From Alphaproteobacteria bacterium (GTDB taxonomy: Bacteria; Pseudomonadota; Alphaproteobacteria; Rs-D84): a DNA stretch of 64,000 nt. The stretch lies in the NCBI GenBank assembly GCA_017427405.1, contig JAFRSV010000007.1, positions 5 through 64,004 on the forward strand, in the 5' to 3' direction. Made by a program: the position numbers and the translations under genes. Each line of letters opens with the position of its first letter. The stretch's first letter is position 1. Below the pieces are notes generated by a model. That model saw only the letters and a program-made list of their open reading frames with translations. It was not told where the DNA came from and did not search any database. This document shows positions 1 to 8,713 of the stretch, piece by piece.

Positions 1-69
1 TTTCCTTGTCATTGCGGCGTAGGCCGCAATAGGGAGTTTGTTTTTTGTTATATTTCATAAAAATAATTG

Positions 70-99
70 TTGCTTTTTATAATTATTATATTATATAAT
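70..99 (+). promoter_or_regulatory. Candidate sigma70-type promoter of the His-rich protein gene
   Basis: TTGCTT (70-75), 18-nt spacer, TATAAT (94-99) in an AT-rich tract 25 nt upstream of ATG 124. Confidence 0.35.
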
Positions 100-123
100 G
101 AATTTGAACCAAAGGAGATAAAC

Positions 124-417
124 ATGAAAAAAACAAATCTATTCCTTACATCTGTGGCAGTTGCGGCGGCGTTGGCGGTCGGATCGGCGAATGCGGCACC
201 GAATCGCGGTGGCGGAAATCATCATGCGCAGCGTTCGTTCGTGACGCACACGCATAGCGCACCAAGGCATGGCGGCCATCATGCGGCGCATCATAACCCG
301 CCACCTGCCCCGACACCGGTTCATGTGTCGCACCATTACCACCATCATCATCACCATGGTGTGCGAACGGGTGATTGGATTGTTGCAACGGCAATATTGC
401 TATCGGCAATAATATAA
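124..417 (+). CDS. Small secreted/anchored histidine-rich protein (97 aa)
   Basis: ATG 124 has GGAG 6 nt upstream, so the track start TTG 67 is unlikely. Signal peptide MKKTNLFLTSVAVAAALAVGSANA. The mature part is about 25% His, including HHYHHHHHHG. C-terminal hydrophobic tail WIVATAILLSAII. Terminator directly downstream. Confidence 0.7.
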   Translation: MKKTNLFLTSVAVAAALAVGSANAAPNRGGGNHHAQRSFVTHTHSAPRHGGHHAAHHNPPPAPTPVHVSHHYHHHHHHGVRTGDWIVATAILLSAII

Positions 418-422
418 AAAGA

Positions 423-444
423 AAACCGCTTCGGCGGTTTTTTT
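423..444 (+). terminator. Rho-independent terminator
   Basis: Hairpin AAACCGC-TTCG-GCGGTTT followed by a T-run, 6 nt after the stop codon at 415-417. Confidence 0.8.
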
Positions 445-536
445 ATGCGACACTCCGCCCTATGGGCACAATGCGATGTCCAATCCGTTATACCCACGAT
501 AAAATTAAAATCGGCGCACGGCCGATTTGAATTTTA

Positions 537-613
537 TGGTCGGGGCGACAGGAATCGAACCTGCGACCCCTTGCACCCCATGCAAGTACTCTACCAGGCT
601 GAGCTACGCCCCG
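537..613 (-). tRNA. tRNA-Pro (anticodon GGG)
   Basis: The reverse complement folds as a cloverleaf. Acceptor CGGGGCG/CGCCCCG, D-arm GCTC..GAGT, anticodon stem CTTGC/GCAAG with loop AT-GGG-GT, T-arm GCAGG-TTCGATT-CCTGT, discriminator A and an encoded CCA. Confidence 0.93.
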
Positions 614-661
614 ACAACAAGCAGTATGGTAAACCAAGATTACCTAAAATACAAATGTTTT

Positions 662-3600
662 TTATTCGGGTACAGTCGTTGTTTCTGTTCCTGTAACAAC
701 AATCGCTAAGTCCACTTTTCTACAACTGGAATATTCGTCTCTTTTTTTGTTTTTGCATTCTGTATCGCCATGACCGGTGGCTACAGTGGCAATCTCAACA
801 TTTGATAGGACTGTGTTAAATTGTTTTTTTAAAAAATCTGTAACCATTTCTGCACGTGCCTGCGATAATTTGGAATTATTATCAATTTTTCCACCATATG
901 ATTCTGGTAAACTTCCGATGTTGTTTTCGTATTGTTGTTTTAACTTTGAAACCCATTTTGATTTTATTGGATCTGGGTCAGTATAACCGTCCGCAGTTAT
1001 ATTTATGCTTGTGATGGTATAAGTCTCTGATACGGTATTAATAATATCATTAGCGGCCTTGGTTAAAGCATTTTTCCCCGGTTCAGTTAATGTTATGTAA
1101 CCGCTATCAAAAGTACTACTGTCAAAAGTTTCATCGCTGGTCGTTACCTTCACAGTTGTGGTAACACTGGGTTTTTGTGGCTGTTCTTCCTCTGGTTCAA
1201 CTATTTCTACTATTGGTTCTTCTGGGGTTGGTATAAATATTTCTGGATATTCTTTTTCCAATCTAGTTTTAATAGTGTTTAATTTTTGCTTTAATTCAAT
1301 TGGCTTATGATTACGGTTAACAAAATAATTTCCGATGACACCCGTGGCAATACCACCGGCGGTAAGTAATGTTCCGGTTTGCAGGTTTTGCGCGACTTCG
1401 GCTTTTTGTGCGTTCCATTGCTCGGCGTCCGCGCCTTCGGGGTTCATTAACGCGCGCGAAAGTGATGTAAATCCGCCGCTTTGCCGTTCGGCGTTGGCGT
1501 ATTGATATAAACCCGTTTCGGCGCGGTCGTATAAAACCTCGCTCTCTATTCCTGGACGCAGGTTTAATGCGGTTTTAGTTGCCTTTAGTTTGTCCGCCAA
1601 TTGTTTATATTCCGCGTAGTATTTTGCAAGGTCATTTCCGCCTGGCAATGTTTCTTCCTTGCCAAGGTTAACCTGTTGGCCGTTGCCGTATTCACAGCCC
1701 ATTGTTGTGATGTATGCGGCCATTTGTTCTTCGGCCTTTTTGTCGGCCTTTTGTTCTGCGATTGCCTGGGCGGCTTTCATTGCGCCCTCGCCTGTTAGCA
1801 GTGTTGAACCGGCGGTTATGCCCTTGTTTTCCCAGCTCTGTGCATTGTCGCGTTCGTGTTTATATGCATTTTCGGTATCCCTGCGCCACGCGGCAGAGTC
1901 AAAAATTTTTTCAACCGTTTCTGTTCCAGCATATTTGCATTCAGCACGTTCGGGATATGACAAGACGGTCTTTCCATCGGTATCCAATTCAGCACCTTTG
2001 CGTATGTAGCCATACATGCATTTACAGATACTATATTCTTTGGCATTTTCTGGATTGTATTCAACCAAATGTTTATCGGCATCGCATATGCATTTTCCAT
2101 TTTCATATTTATCGCCACCACTCTTGGTGCATTCGTATTCTTCGGTGCCCGTTGGTGCCACCTGTTCGGAACTTTGGAATTCTGTGGAGATATCATCTGA
2201 ATCATAGTTAATCTCAGATTTTGGGCTGCACCCATCACTTTTTGCCATTGGGTTCGTGTAATCATAACCACTTTTGCAATTACAGAAATACCCGGTATCA
2301 TCCAATTCCATATTTAATTCTGTGTGACATGTGCATGTGTTATTTGTGCTTCCTTGCCATGTGCCACCAGTTGGACTACAACTATTAGCCCTATCTATTT
2401 CTCTTAGATCGTATCCGTATCCTTGTGCCTTGGTTTTTGTACCGGCAATGTACGCGCCGTCTTTTAATGTTTCGCAACCGGTCCATAATTTGTTATAATA
2501 TTTTTGGTTGGCGTTGTGAGTGCATTGGCATTCATAACCCACGGCTTCGGCGCCCTCTAATTTGGTACAATTACACTCTTGTTTTTCTTCATCCCATTCA
2601 CCCCAACTTCCCACGCATTGTTTTTTTGCGTATGACCATGTATCGGTCGGTTCATCGGTGTATCGAACTTCTATGTTTGGGTTGTTGATACAAAACAGTA
2701 GATATTTGCGGTCACCAACGAAAGCCGTCTGGATGGCGGGACATTTTGATTTGTCTAGAGATTTGGTTATCTGGCTGCCACAATTATCAAACACGTTGCC
2801 GTCAATGTACAATATATTTGTTTCTGTAATTGTATCTTTTTTTAATTCTTCACAGCTTGTGGGTTTCAGATCGCGTGAAAGTTTACAATTTATATCACCT
2901 GTATTTTTGCAGGTTATGATTAATTTGTCTGATGTGTTCATAATAAAGTTTTTGTCGGTTGCGGGGGCCGGCAAAGATGGGGTCGATTGGTTGGAATTAT
3001 TTGATTTGTTTTTTTGTAAAGTGATAGTTTGATTTTTTTGGTCTAAAAGTTGCCTAACCGTCTTTGTGACTGGGGTGTGACCCGGTGCCGATATTTTAAC
3101 TTCTAATTCTTTATTTGCATCGTTCAAACACAGTGCATAGTTACCGTTTTCTTTTTGTGTTGCAATATTGTTTGGTGTGGTTAAATCGGGGTATTTAATG
3201 GATGCGCTGGTGATTGCTTTATTATCTGTATCAACAATTTTAACAACTATATCGTTGGCGTGATCGCGGTTGCAAATACCGCTGTAGTAATCCCCGCAAG
3301 TGATGATACAAGTGTTTTTTGCGTCTTGGTCTTCTCGGTGTTTCATTTTACACCGATAAAATGTTTGTTCGCTACCAGAAGTATATTTAACAAGGTACAT
3401 GTACGTCTGTTCTTTGCTTGGTATAACAGGGTCCAGACCAACATTTTGTTGACGTGACCCCTTGCAGTCCGGCAAGTCGGTATCATCATCATTAACCTTG
3501 ACCCAGCCAGCATCTGTGCATCTGTACAGATAGCGATCTTTGCCCACCACTATGTCACCTTGGGTGCATTGTGCGTCGTTTGTCGTGAAGTCACCACATT

Positions 3601-3745
3601 GAAGGTATGCAGGATAGTTTGTAAAATGAAACCGGGATTTCAGATACTGGTTGCCACTGGGGACCGGCCCATAGATATGGTTACAGGCACCGAACGACGG
3701 GCCGTATACGCAAATGGCAAATATTGGAAATATGAACTTTTTCAT
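662..3745 (-). CDS. Large secreted Cys-rich protein with EGF-like units, Gly-zipper hydrophobic segment and C-terminal OmpA/MotB-like peptidoglycan-binding domain (1027 aa)
   Basis: ATG at 3745 and signal peptide MKKFIFPIFAICVYGPSFGA. Three CxCxxGY-type EGF-like units (YECQCTHN, FCNCKSGYDY, CKCMYGYIRKG). Hydrophobic segment LLTAGGIATGVIGNYFV followed by a Pro/Glu linker. C-terminal OmpA-like signature: FDSG..L, DGYTDP, LSQARAEMVTDFL, GHGD..C..CRKVDLAIV. Confidence 0.8.
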   Translation of the reverse strand: MKKFIFPIFAICVYGPSFGACNHIYGPVPSGNQYLKSRFHFTNYPAYLQCGDFTTNDAQCTQGDIVVGKDRYLYRCTDAGWVKVNDDDTDLPDCKGSRQQNVGLDPVIPSKEQTYMYLVKYTSGSEQTFYRCKMKHREDQDAKNTCIITCGDYYSGICNRDHANDIVVKIVDTDNKAITSASIKYPDLTTPNNIATQKENGNYALCLNDANKELEVKISAPGHTPVTKTVRQLLDQKNQTITLQKNKSNNSNQSTPSLPAPATDKNFIMNTSDKLIITCKNTGDINCKLSRDLKPTSCEELKKDTITETNILYIDGNVFDNCGSQITKSLDKSKCPAIQTAFVGDRKYLLFCINNPNIEVRYTDEPTDTWSYAKKQCVGSWGEWDEEKQECNCTKLEGAEAVGYECQCTHNANQKYYNKLWTGCETLKDGAYIAGTKTKAQGYGYDLREIDRANSCSPTGGTWQGSTNNTCTCHTELNMELDDTGYFCNCKSGYDYTNPMAKSDGCSPKSEINYDSDDISTEFQSSEQVAPTGTEEYECTKSGGDKYENGKCICDADKHLVEYNPENAKEYSICKCMYGYIRKGAELDTDGKTVLSYPERAECKYAGTETVEKIFDSAAWRRDTENAYKHERDNAQSWENKGITAGSTLLTGEGAMKAAQAIAEQKADKKAEEQMAAYITTMGCEYGNGQQVNLGKEETLPGGNDLAKYYAEYKQLADKLKATKTALNLRPGIESEVLYDRAETGLYQYANAERQSGGFTSLSRALMNPEGADAEQWNAQKAEVAQNLQTGTLLTAGGIATGVIGNYFVNRNHKPIELKQKLNTIKTRLEKEYPEIFIPTPEEPIVEIVEPEEEQPQKPSVTTTVKVTTSDETFDSSTFDSGYITLTEPGKNALTKAANDIINTVSETYTITSINITADGYTDPDPIKSKWVSKLKQQYENNIGSLPESYGGKIDNNSKLSQARAEMVTDFLKKQFNTVLSNVEIATVATGHGDTECKNKKRDEYSSCRKVDLAIVVTGTETTTVPE

Positions 3746-3768
3746 CTCTCTGGGGTCCCTTTTGCCCT

Positions 3769-3797
3769 ATTCTATCAAATTTTGAATTTTCGGGCAA
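3769..3797 (-). promoter_or_regulatory. Candidate sigma70-type promoter of the 1027-aa gene
   Basis: On the minus strand: TTGCCC (3797-3792), 17-nt spacer, TAGAAT (3774-3769), about 25 nt upstream of the ATG. Confidence 0.45.
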
Positions 3798-3804
3798 GGG
3801 GAAA

Positions 3805-3954
3805 TTAGTGGTTAGTGTTAGTGTCAGTGTTAGTGGGCGACACCCTCCGACCGTTCGGTCGGACCCCTCTGGCCAGAGGGGAACTTTGTATTCTGGAATA
3901 ACTGTGTAATTATGCGGTTATTCCAGAGCCCACTAACCACTTACACTAACACTA
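3805..3954. repeat. Composite palindromic intergenic element with GTTAGT-type inverted arms
   Basis: Left arm TTAGTGGTTAGTGTTAGTGTCAGTGTTAGTGGG (3805-3837) and right arm CCCACTAACCACTTACACTAACACTA (3929-3954) are inverted copies. They bracket three perfect hairpins (3846-3863, 3864-3881, 3893-3926). The right arm ends 2 nt from the argS stop codon. Confidence 0.85.
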
Positions 3955-3956
3955 TC

Positions 3957-5669
3957 TTACATTTCTGCTGGGATTTTTAGGCCCATAAGGTCAAGTGTTT
4001 TGCCCAAAACATCAACCGCAATTTTAATTAGTGCAAGGCGCATATTGCGTGTTTCCGTGTCAACATCTTCGCGCAAAATTGGGCAATTGTGATAGAATGT
4101 ATTTACCAATTGGCACACATCATACGCATAGTTCGCGACCAAATCCGTTGCGCGTGAATCAAACGCCGATTGCACCGTGCGGTCAAAGTCCAAAAGTTCC
4201 ATAACCAAATTCCTTTCGTCCGCGCCCATTATGGCCGTTTTCGGTGTGTCAAATTTTCCGGCGCGGCGCAAAACCGAATTTAATCGCACCGCGGTATAGA
4301 GTATGTATGGCCCGGTGCGCCCTTCGAACGAAGTGATTTGCGATGGTTCGAAAATATAATCCGAACGCAAATCGTGCGACAGGTCGTTAAACTTTAACGC
4401 CGCAAGTGCGATTTCGTCGATTGTTTCGTTGTCCAATTTTTTGCCGCTTTCGGCAACGCGATCGCGGACCGCCGTTTGCACCATTTCGATAATGTCGTTC
4501 AATCCCGCGGCGTTGCCATCGCGTGTCTTGAACGGTTTGCCGTCCGTGCCATTTATTGTGCCGTATCCAATGTGTTCCAATGCGGATTCCGGAAACATCC
4601 CAAGTAACTTTGCCACCCGGAATAATTGTTCAAAGTGCAATGATTGGCGGCTGTCGGTCAAATAAATTATATGGTCGGGATTATCCGTAATTTTCCGATA
4701 ATAAAGCGCCATTATATCCGTCGCATCATATGTGGATGCGCCGCGCGAATTACGAAACATGACCGGCGGCATTGGCTTGTTATCAGTATCGCGCCGAACG
4801 ACGACGATTTCCGCACCGTCGCTTTGTTGCAATAATTTTTTGTCACGCAATATCTTTTCAACCGGGTCCGCGTATTTTGCGGCGTTGCGTTCACCAAGGT
4901 TATTATCAAACGGTAGCATATTTAGTTTCTTGATAATTTCATCCATCGATTGCAATGATACCGGGATAAATACATTATAAAGTGCATTATATCCAGGATG
5001 CCCGTTTTGCAATTCGGCGGTTATTATTTGTGCGCGTTCCATGAATTTTTCATCCGTTTTGGCAAGTGCCGCTGCCGATGGGTAATATGTGTCTAACTCT
5101 GCGACCGGCATGGCGTATCCCGAATAATCCGCGGTTGGGTCAAAGTTTTCTTGGAAAAAAGGCCAATCCGGGTGTAGTTTTTCAATCCATGCGATAACCA
5201 TGCCCATCGAACGGCCCCAATCGCCCATGTGATTATATGAAATCATCTTGTGCCCGATTGCGCGCCCAAGTCGATACAATGTATCGCCCACAATTGATGT
5301 GCGCAGGTGCCCAATATGTAGCGATTTTGCCACATTATATGCGCCATAGTCCATATCGATTGTCATCGGTTTTGTGGCGCGTGTGATTTCGGCCGCGGTT
5401 TGCGCGGCGTTCCAAAGAAAATCATCGCGGATGCGCAGGTTGATAAACCCCGGCCCCGCGATTGATGCGTCGGATACAAAATCAAGTTCCTTTATCTTTG
5501 GTAAAAGTTCGGTTGCGATTTCGCGTGGATTCTTGCCCGCGACCCGTGCCATAACCATTGCGGCGTTTGTTGAAAAATCGCCAAAGTCACGGTTGCGCGG
5601 AATTTCCAGTTTTGCCGCAAACCCCAATTTTTCATTTAGTTTATCAGATACATATTTATACAAATTCAT
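3957..5669 (-). CDS. argS: Arginine--tRNA ligase
   Basis: 570 aa. Class-I HIGH motif (SLHIGHLRTS), conserved HMGDWG segment, C-terminal anticodon-binding region ending in ...PAEM. Confidence 0.95.
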   Translation of the reverse strand: MNLYKYVSDKLNEKLGFAAKLEIPRNRDFGDFSTNAAMVMARVAGKNPREIATELLPKIKELDFVSDASIAGPGFINLRIRDDFLWNAAQTAAEITRATKPMTIDMDYGAYNVAKSLHIGHLRTSIVGDTLYRLGRAIGHKMISYNHMGDWGRSMGMVIAWIEKLHPDWPFFQENFDPTADYSGYAMPVAELDTYYPSAAALAKTDEKFMERAQIITAELQNGHPGYNALYNVFIPVSLQSMDEIIKKLNMLPFDNNLGERNAAKYADPVEKILRDKKLLQQSDGAEIVVVRRDTDNKPMPPVMFRNSRGASTYDATDIMALYYRKITDNPDHIIYLTDSRQSLHFEQLFRVAKLLGMFPESALEHIGYGTINGTDGKPFKTRDGNAAGLNDIIEMVQTAVRDRVAESGKKLDNETIDEIALAALKFNDLSHDLRSDYIFEPSQITSFEGRTGPYILYTAVRLNSVLRRAGKFDTPKTAIMGADERNLVMELLDFDRTVQSAFDSRATDLVANYAYDVCQLVNTFYHNCPILREDVDTETRNMRLALIKIAVDVLGKTLDLMGLKIPAEM

Positions 5670-5681
5670 ATTTTGCCCTTT

Positions 5682-6965
5682 TTATTGAATTGGTAAAACC
5701 ACACGCACACGCAACCCGCCCAGGTCGCCATCTTCCAAAAATATGCGACCGCCGTGATTTTCAATTGCCGTCTGTGCGATGGACAGCCCCAATCCCGTGC
5801 CACCGGTATTTGTTCCGCGTGCATCATCCAGGCGGACAAATGGGCGCATTGCGTCGGCCTTTTTGTTGTCGGGGATGCCGGGGCCGTCGTCTTCGATTAT
5901 AACCGTTGTTTCGTCCGTGCCATCGATTTCGGTTATTTTTATTTTTGTATTGGCGTATCGTGCCGCGTTTTCAATTATATTCGCAAACGCCCGCGCAAGT
6001 GCCATAGGGCGCGCATAGAATTGAACCGGGTTTTCGGGGAATTTAGTTATGATTTCTTTATCCGGGGCCGCGTCACGCGCAATCCGCAAAAGCATTGGCG
6101 GTAATTCGGTCGATTGTTCAATTTCGGGCATTTCGCCACGCGCAAAAGACAAATATCCGTTTATCATTGATGTCATACGGTCAATATCCGCAAGCAGTAC
6201 GGATTTATCGCCTGAATCCGTTTCAATCGCAAGTCGCATCCGCGCCAGGGGCGATTTCAAATCGTGGCTTACCGCGTTCAACATGTCGGTGCGTGTACGG
6301 TTGTATCTATCAAGGCGTTCTTTCATGGTTATCATGGCCGCGGCGGCATCACGTATTTCCTTGGATCCGGTCGGTTGAAAGCCCGGCACATCAAGACCAC
6401 GCCCGAAACGATTTGCTGCGTGCGCAATGCGACGAATACTGCGGTTATGCAAAATTATAAACGGCGCGGCCAATGCGGACACAATCAAAATCGCACCAAT
6501 TAGCCAAATTATAAAAACCTCTGTACTGGTGGAATAAATGCGATAAAGACTTGTGCCAAATGTTGCAATTTCGCCGTTCGCCGTTGGGACATCAATTGTA
6601 ATAAGGCGGTGGCCGCGATCAACATAGATTTCACTTTTGCGATTTATGCGTTTGGCAAGTTCTTGGGCAAGTAATCCTGCCTCACGCGAATTATTATCAT
6701 TTTTTGCGTGCCGGTGGATTTCGGGTGCAACGGTTGTATTTATTCCGATGTCATGTGCCAATGTTTCCGCCGTTTGCATGTCGCCAGAATCTATGAAATT
6801 CATAATCGTTGCAATTTCAACCGAAAGCGTTCGTGCAAGTGTCGCGTGAACGCGCGCCCAATGATTGCCGAAAAACACGTTGGCAACGATGGTTAGCGCC
6901 AAAATCAACGGAACCAATATCAACAAAATTGTTCGCCAGAAAAAACCACGTGGAATTAGTCGCAT
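5682..6965 (-). CDS. Two-component sensor histidine kinase (EnvZ-like)
   Basis: 427 aa with two TM segments flanking a periplasmic loop, then a HAMP-like linker. H-box SHDLKSPLARM, N-box IIENAARYA, G-boxes DDGPGI and GGTGLGLSIA. Separated by 3 nt from the upstream response regulator gene. Confidence 0.9.
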   Translation of the reverse strand: MRLIPRGFFWRTILLILVPLILALTIVANVFFGNHWARVHATLARTLSVEIATIMNFIDSGDMQTAETLAHDIGINTTVAPEIHRHAKNDNNSREAGLLAQELAKRINRKSEIYVDRGHRLITIDVPTANGEIATFGTSLYRIYSTSTEVFIIWLIGAILIVSALAAPFIILHNRSIRRIAHAANRFGRGLDVPGFQPTGSKEIRDAAAAMITMKERLDRYNRTRTDMLNAVSHDLKSPLARMRLAIETDSGDKSVLLADIDRMTSMINGYLSFARGEMPEIEQSTELPPMLLRIARDAAPDKEIITKFPENPVQFYARPMALARAFANIIENAARYANTKIKITEIDGTDETTVIIEDDGPGIPDNKKADAMRPFVRLDDARGTNTGGTGLGLSIAQTAIENHGGRIFLEDGDLGGLRVRVVLPIQ

Positions 6966-6968
6966 GTT

Positions 6969-7613
6969 TTATCCTTTGTTTTTGATTGGACAGACCAATT
7001 TATAACCACGACCGCGTATGGTTATGATGTCCATGTCCAATGATACATTATTTATTTTTTCGCGCAAGCGTTTTGCAACCATGGGTGATGCCGGCACGAT
7101 ATTGCCGATAGGTGTCGTTAGCCCGCGCAGTAATTTTTTTTCTTCGGCCGATAATTGCAATATGCGTGGCGTGCCGGATTTATCCGCCAAAAAAAATTCG
7201 TTGTCGGTGAATAATATGCCGTCAACCCGGGTTGGTTCGGGTTCGGGGGTAAAACGCGTCATGTTTTCAATGCGCAGAATTAATTCCTGTAATTGAAATG
7301 GTTTATCCAGGTAATCGTTCGCCCCACCACGCAGGCCGTCAATTGCATTTTCCGCCCCACCCATCGCGGTTAGCATTATTGTCGGGGTATTATTGCCCAT
7401 CGCACGCAGTTTTTGCAGAAAAGTTAGTCCGTCCATGTTCGGCATCATGCGGTCAAGAATAATTGCATCCACGGATATTCGTCCCAAGATTTGTTCCGCC
7501 GTTTCGGCATTTGGGGCGGTTAAAACATAAAAATTGGCGGCACGCAAGCCCTGCGCCAACGTTTGGCGCAATGTGTCGTCGTCGTCAATAATTAAAAGCG
7601 TTTTATTCATCAA
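6969..7613 (-). CDS. OmpR-family response regulator
   Basis: 214 aa. Receiver motifs LLIIDDDD, ILDRMMPNMDG, DYLDKPF. C-terminal winged-helix end IRGRGYKL. The start could also be ATG 7610. Confidence 0.9.
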   Translation of the reverse strand: MMNKTLLIIDDDDTLRQTLAQGLRAANFYVLTAPNAETAEQILGRISVDAIILDRMMPNMDGLTFLQKLRAMGNNTPTIMLTAMGGAENAIDGLRGGANDYLDKPFQLQELILRIENMTRFTPEPEPTRVDGILFTDNEFFLADKSGTPRILQLSAEEKKLLRGLTTPIGNIVPASPMVAKRLREKINNVSLDMDIITIRGRGYKLVCPIKNKG

Positions 7614-7677
7614 AAACCGCCATGATATTTGTTTCCTTTATCATAGCGGTTTTGGTCGTAGGTTTCAAGTATTTTAA

Positions 7678-8589
7678 CTATTTTCGTAACGGTTCAACCG
7701 CGTATTCGCCCGGCTGAATCGTTTGAATAAGGTTATTGTTTTCGTCGTATGCCGCACGGAACTGCATCCCGCCGGTTGTGAATTCAGTTTTGAACAATGC
7801 ATATCCCGTCGTGCCACCGGTGACACGGCCCTGGGTCCCAAGGGAATAATATCCGCCCAAAATTCCGTAATCAAGGTCGATATAGTCAAGATTTAATAGC
7901 AATGATACATTGCTAAATCCGTCACTTGTCAAATTGCATGTGAATTCGCGGTTTGATAGTATTGCCGACGAATTGTTTGGGATAACCAAATCCATTATCG
8001 TTGGTTCGCATACGCGACTTATTCCGTTTACAAGTAATTCATAGGTCATATTGATTGTTGCGCGCGAAAGACCCGTTGAAACATTTACCTGGGATATGGT
8101 GGCCTTTGGAATTTTTGCAAGTGCATTGGCAAGACCGGAACGCATTGGAAATGATATGCCGGATTGCAAACAGTCACGTGAAAACGGGTCCGCTTCGCAT
8201 ATATATACGCGCGAATGGGCGTTCATCATAAACATGTTCACAAGGCTATTGAACAAAAATGTACGGGTGATTTTGTCATTAAGGCGTGTGCATCCAAAAT
8301 TACGACATACAACCATCGGACGGGTGGCGAACATAACGCCGGGGTTGGCGGCCTCTTCTAATTCACGTGCGGCAAGGATGTTTTCATCATAATCAAATCC
8401 GTAATCTTCGTCCATAAATTCAAATTCGGGGATAAAATTCGGATCGTCGGGATATGCATAATATGATTGAACCGGGGTTTCGGTGTATACCGTTTGAAAA
8501 TTTTCCTGAATATATTCGGTTGTGCCGAACGCCGCAGATGCCGCAAGCATACCAAAAATCGCCACCAGATTGAACTTTGATGTATTCAT
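7678..8589 (-). CDS. Secreted hypothetical protein (303 aa)
   Basis: Signal peptide MNTSKFNLVAIFGMLAASAAFG. No domain recognised. Long uninterrupted ORF; the short antisense ORFs inside it (8051-8392 +, 8358-8555 -) look like artefacts. Confidence 0.65.
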   Translation of the reverse strand: MNTSKFNLVAIFGMLAASAAFGTTEYIQENFQTVYTETPVQSYYAYPDDPNFIPEFEFMDEDYGFDYDENILAARELEEAANPGVMFATRPMVVCRNFGCTRLNDKITRTFLFNSLVNMFMMNAHSRVYICEADPFSRDCLQSGISFPMRSGLANALAKIPKATISQVNVSTGLSRATINMTYELLVNGISRVCEPTIMDLVIPNNSSAILSNREFTCNLTSDGFSNVSLLLNLDYIDLDYGILGGYYSLGTQGRVTGGTTGYALFKTEFTTGGMQFRAAYDENNNLIQTIQPGEYAVEPLRK

Positions 8590-8713
8590 TTTGACCTTCC
8601 TTTGGGTGTATTCTAAAACATTATTTATATTTGTGTCAAAGCAAAAATTTTTATTGAAAATTCATAATCGTTTGTTCTATAAATGTGGCGTAATAAATAA
8701 AAGAAGGTGGATT

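Noticed and set aside
139-409. Two antisense ORFs (72 and 87 aa) opposite the His-rich protein gene
   Set aside because: They are by-products of the GC-rich CAY/CCN codon run on the sense strand. They have no RBS and an Arg/Met-rich nonsense composition.
445-709. ORFs 445-696 and 527-709 (+)
   Set aside because: They run straight through the complement of the tRNA-Pro gene and the terminator region. They have no RBS.
537-3954. Genomic island integrated at tRNA-Pro carrying the 1027-aa gene
   Set aside because: I saw no integrase, no direct repeat of the tRNA 3' end and no other cargo. The lower GC impression alone is insufficient.
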